64,000 bases of DNA from Sporopachydermia quercuum (taxonomy: Eukaryota), in NCBI GenBank assembly GCA_001599295.1, contig BCGN01000003.1, forward strand, positions 744,001 through 808,000, in the 5' to 3' direction. The notes beneath the pieces are model-generated. The model was not told the DNA's origin. It made no database searches and saw nothing but the letters and a program-made list of their open reading frames with translations. Shown here piece by piece: positions 12,146 to 23,487 of this stretch. The position numbers and the translations under genes were made by a program. Positions within the stretch are counted from its first letter, which is position 1. The number at the start of each line of letters is the position of its first letter.

Positions 12146-13117
12146 ATGGCTAATTCTAGATTCGAGTATGTTCGAAATTTCGAACGAGAAAACTATCTTC
12201 TGCAAGATTGCTGGATTGTGGTAAGAGTTGATGGCAGAGGCTTTCACAAGTTTTCAGCTAAATATAATTTCGATAAGCCAAATGATGTCAGGGCTTTGAG
12301 TTTAATAAACAAAGCAGCAGAATCAGTTACAAGAGATATAACGGAAATTGTCCTAGCATATGGAGATTCAGATGAGTACTCCTTCGTTTTCCGCAAGGAT
12401 TGTGAATTGTTTGACAGAAGAGAAAGTAAGCTAGTATCAACAGTTGTGAGCACATTTACAGCATATTATCTGAGTTATTGGAATGAATTCTTCAGCGAAA
12501 ATCTTAATGACCTAATACCAACATTTGATGGACGTGCTGTAGTTTATCCAAATGATAAGGTACTGAGAGATTATTTGAGCTGGAGACAAGCAGACTGTAA
12601 GTGAGGAGTATGTGGGGACAATGAATTTATATATGCTCAGACTACTGAAAGTGCAAGAAACGTTTTCGTATCACCTGCTAACGAACTATCAGGTCATATA
12701 AATAATCTGTATAATACTACCTTTTGGGCTCTAGTTAGAAAAGGAGGCTTAACAACAACAGAAGCAGAGAAGCGATTGGTTGTAAGTAATCATGATGTAT
12801 TCTTCCTTGTAATTAGTGTTAGCAGTCTACTAACCATATTCTTAAACCACTAGGGAACCTTGTCTTCTGATAAAAATGAAATTCTTTTCTCACAATTTGG
12901 CATCAACTATAACAACGAGCCTGAGATATATAAGAAAGGTACCATTATAATACGGGAGTTTGAATCGGTTGATAAGAATAAACCAATAACTGGTGAACTT
13001 TCAGAGAGGCAGAAGGAGCGAATAGCAAAACAACGAAAAAAAACTACTATAAAAGTTTTGCATCAGGATCTTATAAATGATGAATTTTGGAACCGAAGAC
13101 CTTGGTTTTTCAGGTAA
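12146..13117 (+). CDS. THG1: tRNA(His) guanylyltransferase; exons 12146-12596, 12693-12781, 12854-13117
   Basis: MANSRFEYVR, VRVDGRGFHKFS, YGDSDEYSF, WRQADCHINNLYNT across the splice junction. Two GTAAGT introns with TGCTAAC and TACTAAC branch sites keep the frame. Confidence 0.96.
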
Positions 13118-13825
13118 ATTCAGAAGAAGAAAAAAATTACAGCATTGGCTCAATGATGCATGTGTATCATAGACTATAGAAAACATTTAATTATAAAACT
13201 CGATAGTTTTTCTGGTCGATTGACTTAATAGTGACTATATAAGTAGAAAGAAGAGAATCACACATTNCTCATAAAACAGAAGCCGGTAATGTTAATCTTA
13301 TGATGATATATTCAAGAGACTTCGGTTATACCTAAGTCTTATCATATTCCATCATTTCTATCATACTACCAGTGTTAGAATATCACCGGCTTAATGTAAA
13401 GGTATTGTTCAGTTCCCGAATCCCCGAGAACTTGTAACTTACTATCTCTATCATCTCACCTCATTGATATTTTCAGTCTCATTGGTAGTTAAACAATTAC
13501 GCGTACAAAAATTCGCGAAAACAAAAATAGTCTCCTATCTAGTTCCTGAACCTCGTATATCAACCAAAACTCTAGTTACTGCTTATTCTTCTTATGTCAT
13601 TAGCTCTCCATCCAATTTCAGTAATCGAATCTTTACTTATTTCATGGTTCGAGCTTGACCAGAACGATGCATAGAACTAACGAATGCAAAAGAACCTTAG
13701 ATACCTGAAAGCAAATCCATCCAAACGAAAATAGTTACGTAATTTTGGATTACCCCACAATCCGATAGAATCTCACATACAGCAAGCCTACTCAGTAAAC
13801 AATCTATTTATAATCAAATATATAT

Positions 13826-13959
13826 AAAACGCAATTCGTAAATATGAAGTCAGTTGGAGTGTATTGTTTGAATTCAAGTTTAGTATTCCAGTAGGTTGTT
13901 TCCAAGCTTATAATAAAATACCTAAAAAACGCAATTCGTAAATATGAAGTCAGTTGGAG
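13826..13959. repeat. Perfect 34-bp direct repeat with 100-bp period
   Basis: AAAACGCAATTCGTAAATATGAAGTCAGTTGGAG at 13826-13859 and 13926-13959. Confidence 0.95.
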
Positions 13960-16347
13960 GATAACAAGCATTGCTGACAAAACATTTTCAATATCTTTAT
14001 TCCAAATGGACTGCTGACATCAGAAATAGCTGTCTATTTTTAAATATGNCATAAGTAGTTAATACATTATAACTAAGATGTCCTAAAATTAAGAATCGCT
14101 TACTAACATCAATTGGTACCTTTTTCGCTTTATTGAACTATTCCGAAATTATGTAATAATGCGTCTAAAAATTACATTTTGACACATTTCAGTAGGATAC
14201 GAAATCCATCTGATTTTATGTCAACGGATAAAGATCTGTTCCCGGAAATTAGAATGAATCATATCATATTATAAGACGCAGCTCAATCAATTGATGCTAT
14301 TAATAGTGATTGATTGATATTTTATTCTTTTCTACCATCGACAAGAAACTTACCACGATATATCTTACGTCTAATCATCAACAGGTAATTTGAAACACTT
14401 ATTTGCAGATGCTGATATATCTATGTTTCAAAATAATTCACTATATAATTTCGAAACCATTTACTGCTCCTGATNAGTTGTGTCAATCCACTCCTGTCAG
14501 AAAATAATAAAACTGAAACGAATTGTTTTGGAAGGTGGGGATTGAAACATTATTTACTGTTAATTGGGTAGTCTGAGAAACAAGCTCAGATTTAATTATG
14601 TAGCAGATTCGAACTTTAATTGTNTTTTTTTTCCTTATATATTATATAGTTGCAGTGTTCATTGATATGAAACTACCTATGATAGTAAAACATCAAATTT
14701 GTATTCACACTGATTAATAAGGCTGATTTTTAAACTTGAAATAAAGAGCTGGATACTCAACAATATAGATTTGGCTTCCTCCGTTCACAAGCAATCGAGT
14801 TTATCTATCTGAAATAGGGTTAAGGTATTGGAGAACCTTATTTCTAAAATGAGTCTTAGTGAAGACGTACTAATTTAGCTTCGTTTCTTATTTAAGTTTA
14901 TACACGATTTCATTGTAAGAACACAAAATTACTTGATATGGTAATTTTCAATATATGCGCGAAAGGGAAAGGTTGAGTTTATTTCGCGTCGCGTTTTTAA
15001 CTATTAAGTAATTTTGGATCGACTTTAAGTCAACCTTCAGCACTGTATAGCGAAGTCAGAATAATGGGATTCAAAGTTCGTAAATTAGATGCATCGATGA
15101 ATGCTTCAAATGGCATTAAGATATTTAAACAAGAAAAATTCATGATTAGTTTAGATATCGTCTGATTGCTCATGTTCTTAAAGTCGTCCTGTTCGCCTTG
15201 TTCATTGGAATTAGCCGAAGGTAGAGTCAGTCAGAGTAAAAACTATCAGAAAGGCAAAAAATTGGAACCGAAACTTCGGTAAGCTGTAGTTCAATCAAAA
15301 GAGACATGTATGTCGAAGTGAACAGAGTTATGAAAAATTACGCAGACCATTGTTCCAGACAAACTAAGAGAAAGGTTTGCGTATGACAAGAAAAGAACTC
15401 ACTAGTTGGTTGTAGAACATCCAAAAATTCTATGTAGTTTGAAGCTAATTTTACGTTCACAGAAATAACGTTTCGTTTTAGAAGAGGTCGACATCAAGAT
15501 TGGTTGAGTGTGTCAAGCACAAGACGATACGATCAGTTAGCATGGGTTTAATAGATTATACAGCTACATCTATGTAAGGCTTATGGTTACAATAAAATCA
15601 TCAGTTTTTACGATTATATTCAATTGAACAAGACTTTTATTTCTCCTTAAAACTAATTTTGCAGAAGTCTATAGAATGTCATAATTTATATATAATGTAA
15701 ATATATTCTCATTGTATATGCAATACAATTGACTTTAAAATTACGATTCAACCATTGAATTTTGAACTACCCAGAAATCCGAAAATATTCGCGCACTGAT
15801 GTTATTAATCTTTGTTTTTGATTAAGATAATAGGAGCGTTTTAACTAACATTTCTCATTATTCTATTTCATGCTTCGTACATCTCTTGAAACATATATAT
15901 CATGGTTTCAGTTCGGCTAGGCAGGCATGTTCTCAAATAATAAGCTTCCCAATCTCATCAAGAGAACAATACTTTACTCAATTACTATCGTATAGTCTGA
16001 AACCAATATCCCAACGTTAATTAAGAAGTTTCAAATCGTACATCGTTGTTTATTACTTTCACTTTCCCTGTAATGCAGAACGTATAATGATATGCTTCCT
16101 CCCGTTCACCTAGTTGTTTTCCTTCTGCTACTTATGTGATTTTATGTTTCACAGCATAAGTTCATTCCTTAAATAAACTCGCTTCCTAATAAACCTTCTC
16201 AATCTCTTTTCTTTGACATCCTTACCCATTCATTAGCCTCTTTTCTCCCTCAAAACATTTTAGCCTTGTCCCTGTGATTCAACATCTCTTCAATTGAGTA
16301 GTCCTCTTCACGTCTTCTATTTTCATCTTATTTCATTCCGAATCCAG

Positions 16348-16440
16348 GTAAGGTTGGAGAATAAATCACAAAGTTTGCAACCCGTGACTAAAATTAATGA
16401 AATACTAACTCTAATCTTAATACTACAACTTTAATTTTAG
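16348..16440 (+). other. Probable 5'UTR intron of the gene at 17099
   Basis: CAG|GTAAGG donor, TACTAAC at 16403, TTTTAG acceptor; 93 nt, similar to other introns here. Confidence 0.65.
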
Positions 16441-17098
16441 ACTATTTTAAAATTTTCACGCTCAAAATTCCCCAATTTGCCGGATTTCCCTACAAATTGG
16501 CATTAGAAGAGTCATAGAACAGCCACAACTGGGATTATTAATAACTGTTAGAAGAACTATTAAAACTAATTACATAGGGACATATTCCAAATTTGTAAGA
16601 AATTAGGTACATAAAACTTCTAACCACTTTTCGTTATCTTTTCTTCTTCATTGTTTTATATCCTTCCATTCATTATTCTTTTTTTCTCTTTCTTTCTTTC
16701 TTTCTTCTGGTAGACAAAGATATTTTCAGGATTAACTGTACGTGTTGTGTTTCAAAGGAAAGCAAGTTGTTTCGTGATACAGGGTTTCACTCAATGAGCA
16801 GTCAAGGATATTCCATACGATCGAAACACAAAGAACTCAAGCAGGAATTCAACGAATCAGACAATCAGCAAAGTAAGGTCCTTGTCGAAGGCAATAAGTA
16901 TTAGAGGCAAAATTTAGCAAACGAACGACTTCAGAGCTTTTGGAAACAACACTTTTGACATTATTACGCATTTTCAGTTGAATATCAGATAAATTCTTTG
17001 TATTGTCACTCGAAGCAAAGATAGAAGATATTCAACAGTACAAGATTTCAACCAACAGAGAACAGCACCATCGACTTTTACAATAGAATATATTCAAA

Positions 17099-18250
17099 AT
17101 GAAAGCAGCAAGAACTAATTTACATTTAAACCTTTCTTTTCCTTCGTGGAAAAACTCGAAATCGGAATCCTCGAGGGCTCAAACAAATACTGATAATACA
17201 GTAGTTACGCCAGATAATAATCCATTTATAATGAGTCAAATGGGTCCTATAACACCAATAAATCAAAAAGTATTCACACCGGCATATGAAAAACATGCAC
17301 CAATGACACCTTGTGAAGATTATGATTTTGAAGGAGATGACAATGACGATGATTCTATTGGTAATCTTTCTACCACGATAAGTCAATCCTCAAGTATAAG
17401 TAGTTCTATTGCCTCGTCTATTGATGGTGTAGATTATGGTCCTTCCCCTACGATAAATTTCTCACCAGATTTCGATGAACTGCTAATGGATACTTATCAG
17501 AGTTACATCTCAAATCCTGAACTCACACCATTTTCAGGCAGATTTCCTCCTTCAGGAATCGTGGGGAAAGTAGCCAAACAAGCGTTAAAGAAGGCAAGGA
17601 AGTCGGGAGTTTATTTGGAACATCAGTATGACCCAGTAAGAAATCTAAGCAAGTTGAACTCTACAACTATTCTTACTTTAGTGCGAAAAAGACTATTGGA
17701 ACTATGTCAACAAGAAGTTGAAACTCCTTGGAACTGTACAGCAACCCCACAAAGCTTCAGACCTCCATATCAGCACCGATCGAGAGCCAACAGTTCTGAT
17801 TCTCTTAGAGGTCCTAGAACCAAAACAGCAAACGATCAAATACAACCCCCATTTATGAATCAACGGAAATCATCATGGCTACATATAGGTTCTTTTCCTA
17901 ATCAGAAACCTAACAGTAATGGTCAGAATACTGGATCAGGCGTGAATTTGGGAATGTCATCGAGCTTCTCTTCTTCTGACTCCTTGATTGAAGGTTTGGC
18001 ACCTGTTNAACAGTCAATCAAGTATACACCTACCCCGACACCGTCTGAAGAATTTCCTGAGCTAGCATCGCCGTTTGAAGGACCATCTATACCAGGACCG
18101 ATAGCAAGTAATAACATGAGTAATGAGGTTGTGACAAAGTTACGAAAGGTTTCCATTAGCGAGAAAGATGATTACGAATCGTTGTTCAACGTCACAGCTG
18201 AAAGGAAGAGGGAGTCTTTACGACTAAAGAGAAATGGAGGTGTTTCATAA
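17099..18250 (+). CDS. Uncharacterised Ser/Pro-rich protein (383 aa) with a compact central helical region
   Basis: Long ORF. Ordered-looking core FDELLMDTYQSYISNPELTPF..PPSGIVGKVAK..VRKRLLELC, many SP/TP sites and a basic C-terminus. Confidence 0.8.
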   Translation: MKAARTNLHLNLSFPSWKNSKSESSRAQTNTDNTVVTPDNNPFIMSQMGPITPINQKVFTPAYEKHAPMTPCEDYDFEGDDNDDDSIGNLSTTISQSSSISSSIASSIDGVDYGPSPTINFSPDFDELLMDTYQSYISNPELTPFSGRFPPSGIVGKVAKQALKKARKSGVYLEHQYDPVRNLSKLNSTTILTLVRKRLLELCQQEVETPWNCTATPQSFRPPYQHRSRANSSDSLRGPRTKTANDQIQPPFMNQRKSSWLHIGSFPNQKPNSNGQNTGSGVNLGMSSSFSSSDSLIEGLAPVXQSIKYTPTPTPSEEFPELASPFEGPSIPGPIASNNMSNEVVTKLRKVSISEKDDYESLFNVTAERKRESLRLKRNGGVS

Positions 18251-18477
18251 TCATATTAATAATGGAAACTACTATCAAGTAAACGTGTATTTTAGTATAA
18301 TGTACATTAATATGTTTGTATTTTAGCATTTGGTGTAAGAAAATAGTGGTAGTTGTAGCTCTAATGTTTGTACTCGTCTCAACAAGAATATTCCTACTTT
18401 TCATTTGATCATAAATGATTATTCCTTTTATTCTTCAATTTATATACACGAACGCTTTAATTCCGTCAATCAAATAC

Positions 18478-18982
18478 TCACACCAATACTTGTCTTGCAG
18501 GGATCACAACTTTGCGTTCCTTTACAGATTTAACTAAAGCGCTGGGTTGAGGCCAATCTTCATGCAGAATACCTGCCTTCTTGAATAATCGAACAACAGT
18601 TGGCGTCGGTTGTGCTCCAACTCCAATCCAGTATTTTGCCTTCTCGAAATCTAGTTTACAATCTTTAACTGGAACTTCACCTTTTCCTATTTCGGCCGGA
18701 CTTAATCGTGTAGGGATTGGGTTGTATGTGCCTAAAACTTCTATTGGCTGTCGATCTCTTGCCTTACTGAAGGATATTGTTAGTACACCTCATAACAGTA
18801 GATGCTTCCAGTTCTCGGTGCTTATCAAAAACAGTGCACCATTCATAACTCTCAATCACGTTACCAACGTGTGTCTATCTTCAACAATCATATACTTACT
18901 GTGAATCTGCTACAACAATGTTGTAAACAGGTGAGAATTTTCTGCCAAACCGTGACAGGCGGATTCTGACAAGACCCTTCAT
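18478..18982 (-). CDS. MRPS16: Mitochondrial ribosomal protein bS16m; exons 18982-18900, 18766-18478 (missed by the ORF track)
   Basis: Manual translation [70 protein letters not shown]. Intron GTAAGT..TACTAAC..CAG. Confidence 0.95.
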
Positions 18983-19731
18983 TTTGTAGCTATATCACAA
19001 TTTCTCGTTCAGTTATCCTCGATCACTTTCTTCTGCTTATCTGTTCATGATCACTTCAATATATATATATTCTAGTAGTTGTACATTCGTCCAAGGTTAA
19101 TGATATACAAAATAGCCTGCATAGAGATTGTTGAAAAATCTCTATTTATACACCCAAACACCATGTTTTATCACGTGATCTGTTGGCTTGTAAAATGTTA
19201 GATAATCAGAATTCTTGTCCTGACGATACGTCTAGGTATAAGTTGATAACGGATTAAATGGCGTCGTGCTAAGACATACGACATAAGTAGAAATGATTGA
19301 TCTTAAGACAGACAACCTAGTTTATCCATCGATACTATTAGGCTCTGTTTCATTATCTTATCTCCTTCCGTAATGTTTTTGTATAGCTGCAGATTAACCA
19401 GGTTCTTTAAATTATTGATTACCTATTCATTAACGATAACATTTCATTCTTAAATGGGAGCATGCATGAAATGCATATTCATACAGTACAACTGCATGAT
19501 TTGTTCTATCTTAAAAAAATTTTATAGTAGAATGTGAAAATTCATTTTCTATGGCAGATAACCAAAATATCTACAACAATTAGATACTGTTAATCACACA
19601 GCCATTTAAGGAGCTCCAAGGATTCCGCTTTCTGGTTCAAGCTGAATATTCAAGGAAAATAAGTATAAGAGTTTCAGTAAAACGGTTTCTGTCATCTTGT
19701 AGAGTACTCTGTATTCTACTACTATACGAAG

Positions 19732-22700
19732 ATGGCTCAATCACAGGAAGTGAAAGCTCTGGAATTGAGCGAGAAGTTGAATAGCATCAGACTTCATTCA
19801 ACTTCAGGGCTTGCAAACCAGAGGCAACTATACGTTGTTTTAAGCTCGGTTGAGGATAACCTTGAAGAACAGAACTCCAGCAAAACACCTGCTGCTTATT
19901 TCATTTCTTTTTTAGCTTTGCTGGATGAGAACTTTCGGGACGATGAAGTGATTAATCCTGAATTAGCTACAGCAACAGCCTATTTCTTGGATTTAGTATT
20001 CCCATATACTCCAGCATCTTTACTGAGATCAAAATTCGGACAAATTTTATCAAAACTGGCACCAGCAATCTCTCATAAAGACTCGCAAGCTCCTTTAATC
20101 AGAAGTTCCATTGGTGCTTTGGAATCATTGCTCATTGCCCAAGATACTGCATCATGGAATCTTCCACCATCAGAAATATCTCCTAGAAGAGCTATAATGG
20201 GTCTTTTGGAATTGGCCATTGATCCAAGACCAAAAGTTCGTAAAAGATCCCAAGAAGCTATTTCGGAAGTGTTAAAGAACATTCCTGCTGGTCCATCTTC
20301 AGAACATCCAGCAGCAACCATGTGTGCTGAAACTTGTCTCAGATTATTACATAGTTTATTGAACCTTGGATCCCGAAGTAAAGACAGTGAAAATAGAACA
20401 AAAAAGACCATTCATTGCTTGCAGCTTATCACTGCAATTACATCTGTTAATGGTTGGCCTTCAAATATGATTGACAAGCTATTCAATCTTTTATTGAGGA
20501 TCTCCAAAACAACTGATCATTTCTTGATTTCTGCCAGTTTCAACGCTTTCGAAGGTTTATTCAGGTCAATGTCTGATGAAGTTGATCTTGATAAATTAGA
20601 CAAAGCTGCTGACGTTATTTATACTCTGCAACCTTCAATCAATGACTCTCACTTGGCTGCAGCTTGGCTTGCAATTTTGGCGCAGATTGGCCAATCGTAC
20701 AATTCAATTGATAACTTGGTTGGTATTAAGAAGCTGCCGGTTCTATTCAATAAAGCTATTGAATTTTTCAAGTCAGAAAATAAAAATATTTATGAGTCAG
20801 CTTCTCAATGTTTAATTGCCTTGATCTCTACTAATATTCCGGATGAGTTATTACTACTACCTGCCAAAAAGAAGAGCAATTCATCATCGCCAACATACAT
20901 TGGTATTACTATTGAAGATTATGAAGGAGTTGAAGAGATCCTTTCAGAGTTGTCAGAGTTAATCAAAGGATTGATGTCTCTGGATTACCTCTATTGTATT
21001 CCTCAAGTTTTGGAAGTCATTACCACTTTCATTACCAAATTACGATTCAGATCAAATCCTCATTGCTTGGATCTACTGCGAGCTGTTGGAACACTTCGAT
21101 CTGACGAGTCCTTTGAATTCAGAGATGATGCTGATAAGGTAATTGCTGCAGCAGTCAATGCCTTAGGCCCCGAAGTCGTTGTTGATACTTTACCTTTGAA
21201 TTTAGAGAAACAATCAGTGAAGAATCCTGGCAGAGCTTGGTTATTACCATTATTACGTGATAACATTCAATGTGCCAATTTACAACATTTCATTGACTAT
21301 TTCTTCCCTTTGTTAAACAGCCTATCAAAACATTTACCGAAGGATAACACGGATACTGATGTATCTTTGCATACAAAGATTTATCAAACCCTGGTTGATC
21401 AAATTTGGTCATTATTACCAAAATACTGTGATTTGCCGTTGGATTTACCTAATGCTTTCACCAAAGAGTTTGCTGAAACTTTATCAAACATTCTTTATAC
21501 AAAGGTTGAACTTCGTTCTGTTGTTTGTCAAGCATTAAAGTTATTGATCGAGAGTAATGTAGCTTATGCTGAAGGAGCTGCCGATGACGATATTTTGATC
21601 CAGCAACGATTCCCAAGCTCTAAAGCAAAGAAAAACATCGAGTATCTATCTTCTTTTGCCTCTAATATTCTAGCAGTTTTATTCAATGTTTACTCTCAAA
21701 CTCTTCCTGAATTCAGAGGCTACATTTTAGAACCGATCAATGGATATTTGTCAATTTCTTCTGAGGAGGATCTTTTGGTTACCTTCAACAGAATATGCCA
21801 GCTGTTAAATACTGCGTTAGAGGAGGAAGCAAAAAAGGGAGAAGAAAGTAATACAAACATGAACTCCAACAATAACACCAACACAAAAACAAATAACAGN
21901 NAAATGTCGGTAACTCTTATGGACCTCATTGTGGTGATTACTATATATCTCCCATCATCAGCTCATAACACGCTCTTTAATATATTCACTAAGACGATCA
22001 ATTCATCAAATGGCTTAACTCAAAAGAGATCATATAGAATTATCTCTCGTTTGGTTGATTCAAAAACTGGTACAGAGTCAATCGTTGAGAATCTGGACTC
22101 CATTGAACATTTGTTGATTGACAACGCCAGTACAGTTGTTGCTGCATCTAGAGCAGCAAGATTGAATACTTTGATGTGTATTGTAAACGTTTTATCTTCT
22201 AGTGATCTACATTTCATTCCATCGATTCTACCAGAAACCATTTTATCCACTAAGGATGTGAATGAGAAATCTCGTTCGGCGGCATTCAATCTATTGATTT
22301 CAATGGCAAATAAAATGGCTCAAGGGGGTATTGTCAAGAACAGTTTGATTCCTAATATTGATCCATCAACATCTGATTCTAAAGCTTCTATTGAAGAGTT
22401 CATCACCATGATCAGTGCTGGTTTGATTGGTGAGCCCCATATGCAAAGTGCCACTATTATTGCTTTATCAAGAGTTATATTTGAATACAAGGATCAAATA
22501 GACAAAGAAGCATTGATAGAAGTGTGTCAAACAGTTGAATTATTTTTAACATCCAACAACCGTGAAATTGTGAAATCAACTCTTGGTTTTGTTAAAATCG
22601 CAGCTATTAGTCTACCAATGGAAATTGTCGAGAAAGATATCAGGCAACTGCTGGAGAATTTATTGGTATGGTCTCATGAGCATAAAGGTCATTTCAAAGC

Positions 22701-23487
22701 CAAAGTGAAGCATATAATCGAGCGGTTAGTTCGCAGATTTGGATTAGAATTAATTGAAGCAAATTTCCCCCAAGAAGACTATAAGTTGTTAACAAATATA
22801 AGAAAGACAAAAGAACGTAGAAAGAGAAAGAAGGATGTGGAAATGGAAGAAGGTGAAAGTGCTGGTGCCAACACTGCTGGCGCTAATAGCAGCAAAGAGT
22901 ATAAGAAGAAGTATGCTTCAGCTTACGAACAAGCTCTTTACGGTGAAAGTTCTGACGAAGAAGAACAAGAGGATGGTGATAAACGTGGTGATGACTACAG
23001 TAGTTCTTCTGGTAGAGCGAAGACATTTATTATTGAGAAGGAAGATGAACCATTGAATTTACTTGATAGTAAATCATTAGCACATTTATCTTCATCAAGA
23101 CCTGGTGCTTATAAAGGTAAAGAAGGAAGGATTGCTTCGAATTTCAGTCAAAATCCAGATGGGAAGTTTGTCTTTGATGATGAGGAACCTGAAGATCCTT
23201 ATGCTAACAAGAGTGGTGACTCATTAAGTGCATATGTTCAAGCTGTTAAATCTGGACCTGTGAGAGGTCAAAGAGGAAGATTAAAGTACCAAAGAGGTAA
23301 AAAGGCTGCTAATTTGGATGGTGATGACGATGGTGATGATGATAGAAACGGTCGAAATAAGTATAATAATAAAGACAATGATGCTAGTAACAGAAGATCT
23401 AATAGAAACAGTTTGTCAGGAGTGAAGAAAGGTCAATATGCCGTTAATAAGAACAAGAACAGATTCAAGGCAAGAAAGAAGTTTTAA
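19732..23487 (+). CDS. RRP12: Pre-rRNA processing HEAT-repeat protein Rrp12
   Basis: 1251 aa; DPRPKVRKR, PGRAWLLPLLRD (NUC173), WSHEHKGHFKAKVKHIIERL. Confidence 0.95.
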   Translation: MAQSQEVKALELSEKLNSIRLHSTSGLANQRQLYVVLSSVEDNLEEQNSSKTPAAYFISFLALLDENFRDDEVINPELATATAYFLDLVFPYTPASLLRSKFGQILSKLAPAISHKDSQAPLIRSSIGALESLLIAQDTASWNLPPSEISPRRAIMGLLELAIDPRPKVRKRSQEAISEVLKNIPAGPSSEHPAATMCAETCLRLLHSLLNLGSRSKDSENRTKKTIHCLQLITAITSVNGWPSNMIDKLFNLLLRISKTTDHFLISASFNAFEGLFRSMSDEVDLDKLDKAADVIYTLQPSINDSHLAAAWLAILAQIGQSYNSIDNLVGIKKLPVLFNKAIEFFKSENKNIYESASQCLIALISTNIPDELLLLPAKKKSNSSSPTYIGITIEDYEGVEEILSELSELIKGLMSLDYLYCIPQVLEVITTFITKLRFRSNPHCLDLLRAVGTLRSDESFEFRDDADKVIAAAVNALGPEVVVDTLPLNLEKQSVKNPGRAWLLPLLRDNIQCANLQHFIDYFFPLLNSLSKHLPKDNTDTDVSLHTKIYQTLVDQIWSLLPKYCDLPLDLPNAFTKEFAETLSNILYTKVELRSVVCQALKLLIESNVAYAEGAADDDILIQQRFPSSKAKKNIEYLSSFASNILAVLFNVYSQTLPEFRGYILEPINGYLSISSEEDLLVTFNRICQLLNTALEEEAKKGEESNTNMNSNNNTNTKTNNXXMSVTLMDLIVVITIYLPSSAHNTLFNIFTKTINSSNGLTQKRSYRIISRLVDSKTGTESIVENLDSIEHLLIDNASTVVAASRAARLNTLMCIVNVLSSSDLHFIPSILPETILSTKDVNEKSRSAAFNLLISMANKMAQGGIVKNSLIPNIDPSTSDSKASIEEFITMISAGLIGEPHMQSATIIALSRVIFEYKDQIDKEALIEVCQTVELFLTSNNREIVKSTLGFVKIAAISLPMEIVEKDIRQLLENLLVWSHEHKGHFKAKVKHIIERLVRRFGLELIEANFPQEDYKLLTNIRKTKERRKRKKDVEMEEGESAGANTAGANSSKEYKKKYASAYEQALYGESSDEEEQEDGDKRGDDYSSSSGRAKTFIIEKEDEPLNLLDSKSLAHLSSSRPGAYKGKEGRIASNFSQNPDGKFVFDDEEPEDPYANKSGDSLSAYVQAVKSGPVRGQRGRLKYQRGKKAANLDGDDDGDDDRNGRNKYNNKDNDASNRRSNRNSLSGVKKGQYAVNKNKNRFKARKKF

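Noticed and set aside
13826..13959. CRISPR-like repeat-spacer-repeat
   Set aside because: Only two copies, a 66-bp spacer, eukaryotic context and no cas genes
14811..14844. TAGGGTTAAGG as a telomere seed or template
   Set aside because: Single imperfect copy, and it lies within an 11-bp stem (GAAATAGGGTT/AACCTTATTTC)
18581..18904. 107-aa + strand ORF
   Set aside because: Antisense shadow of spliced MRPS16
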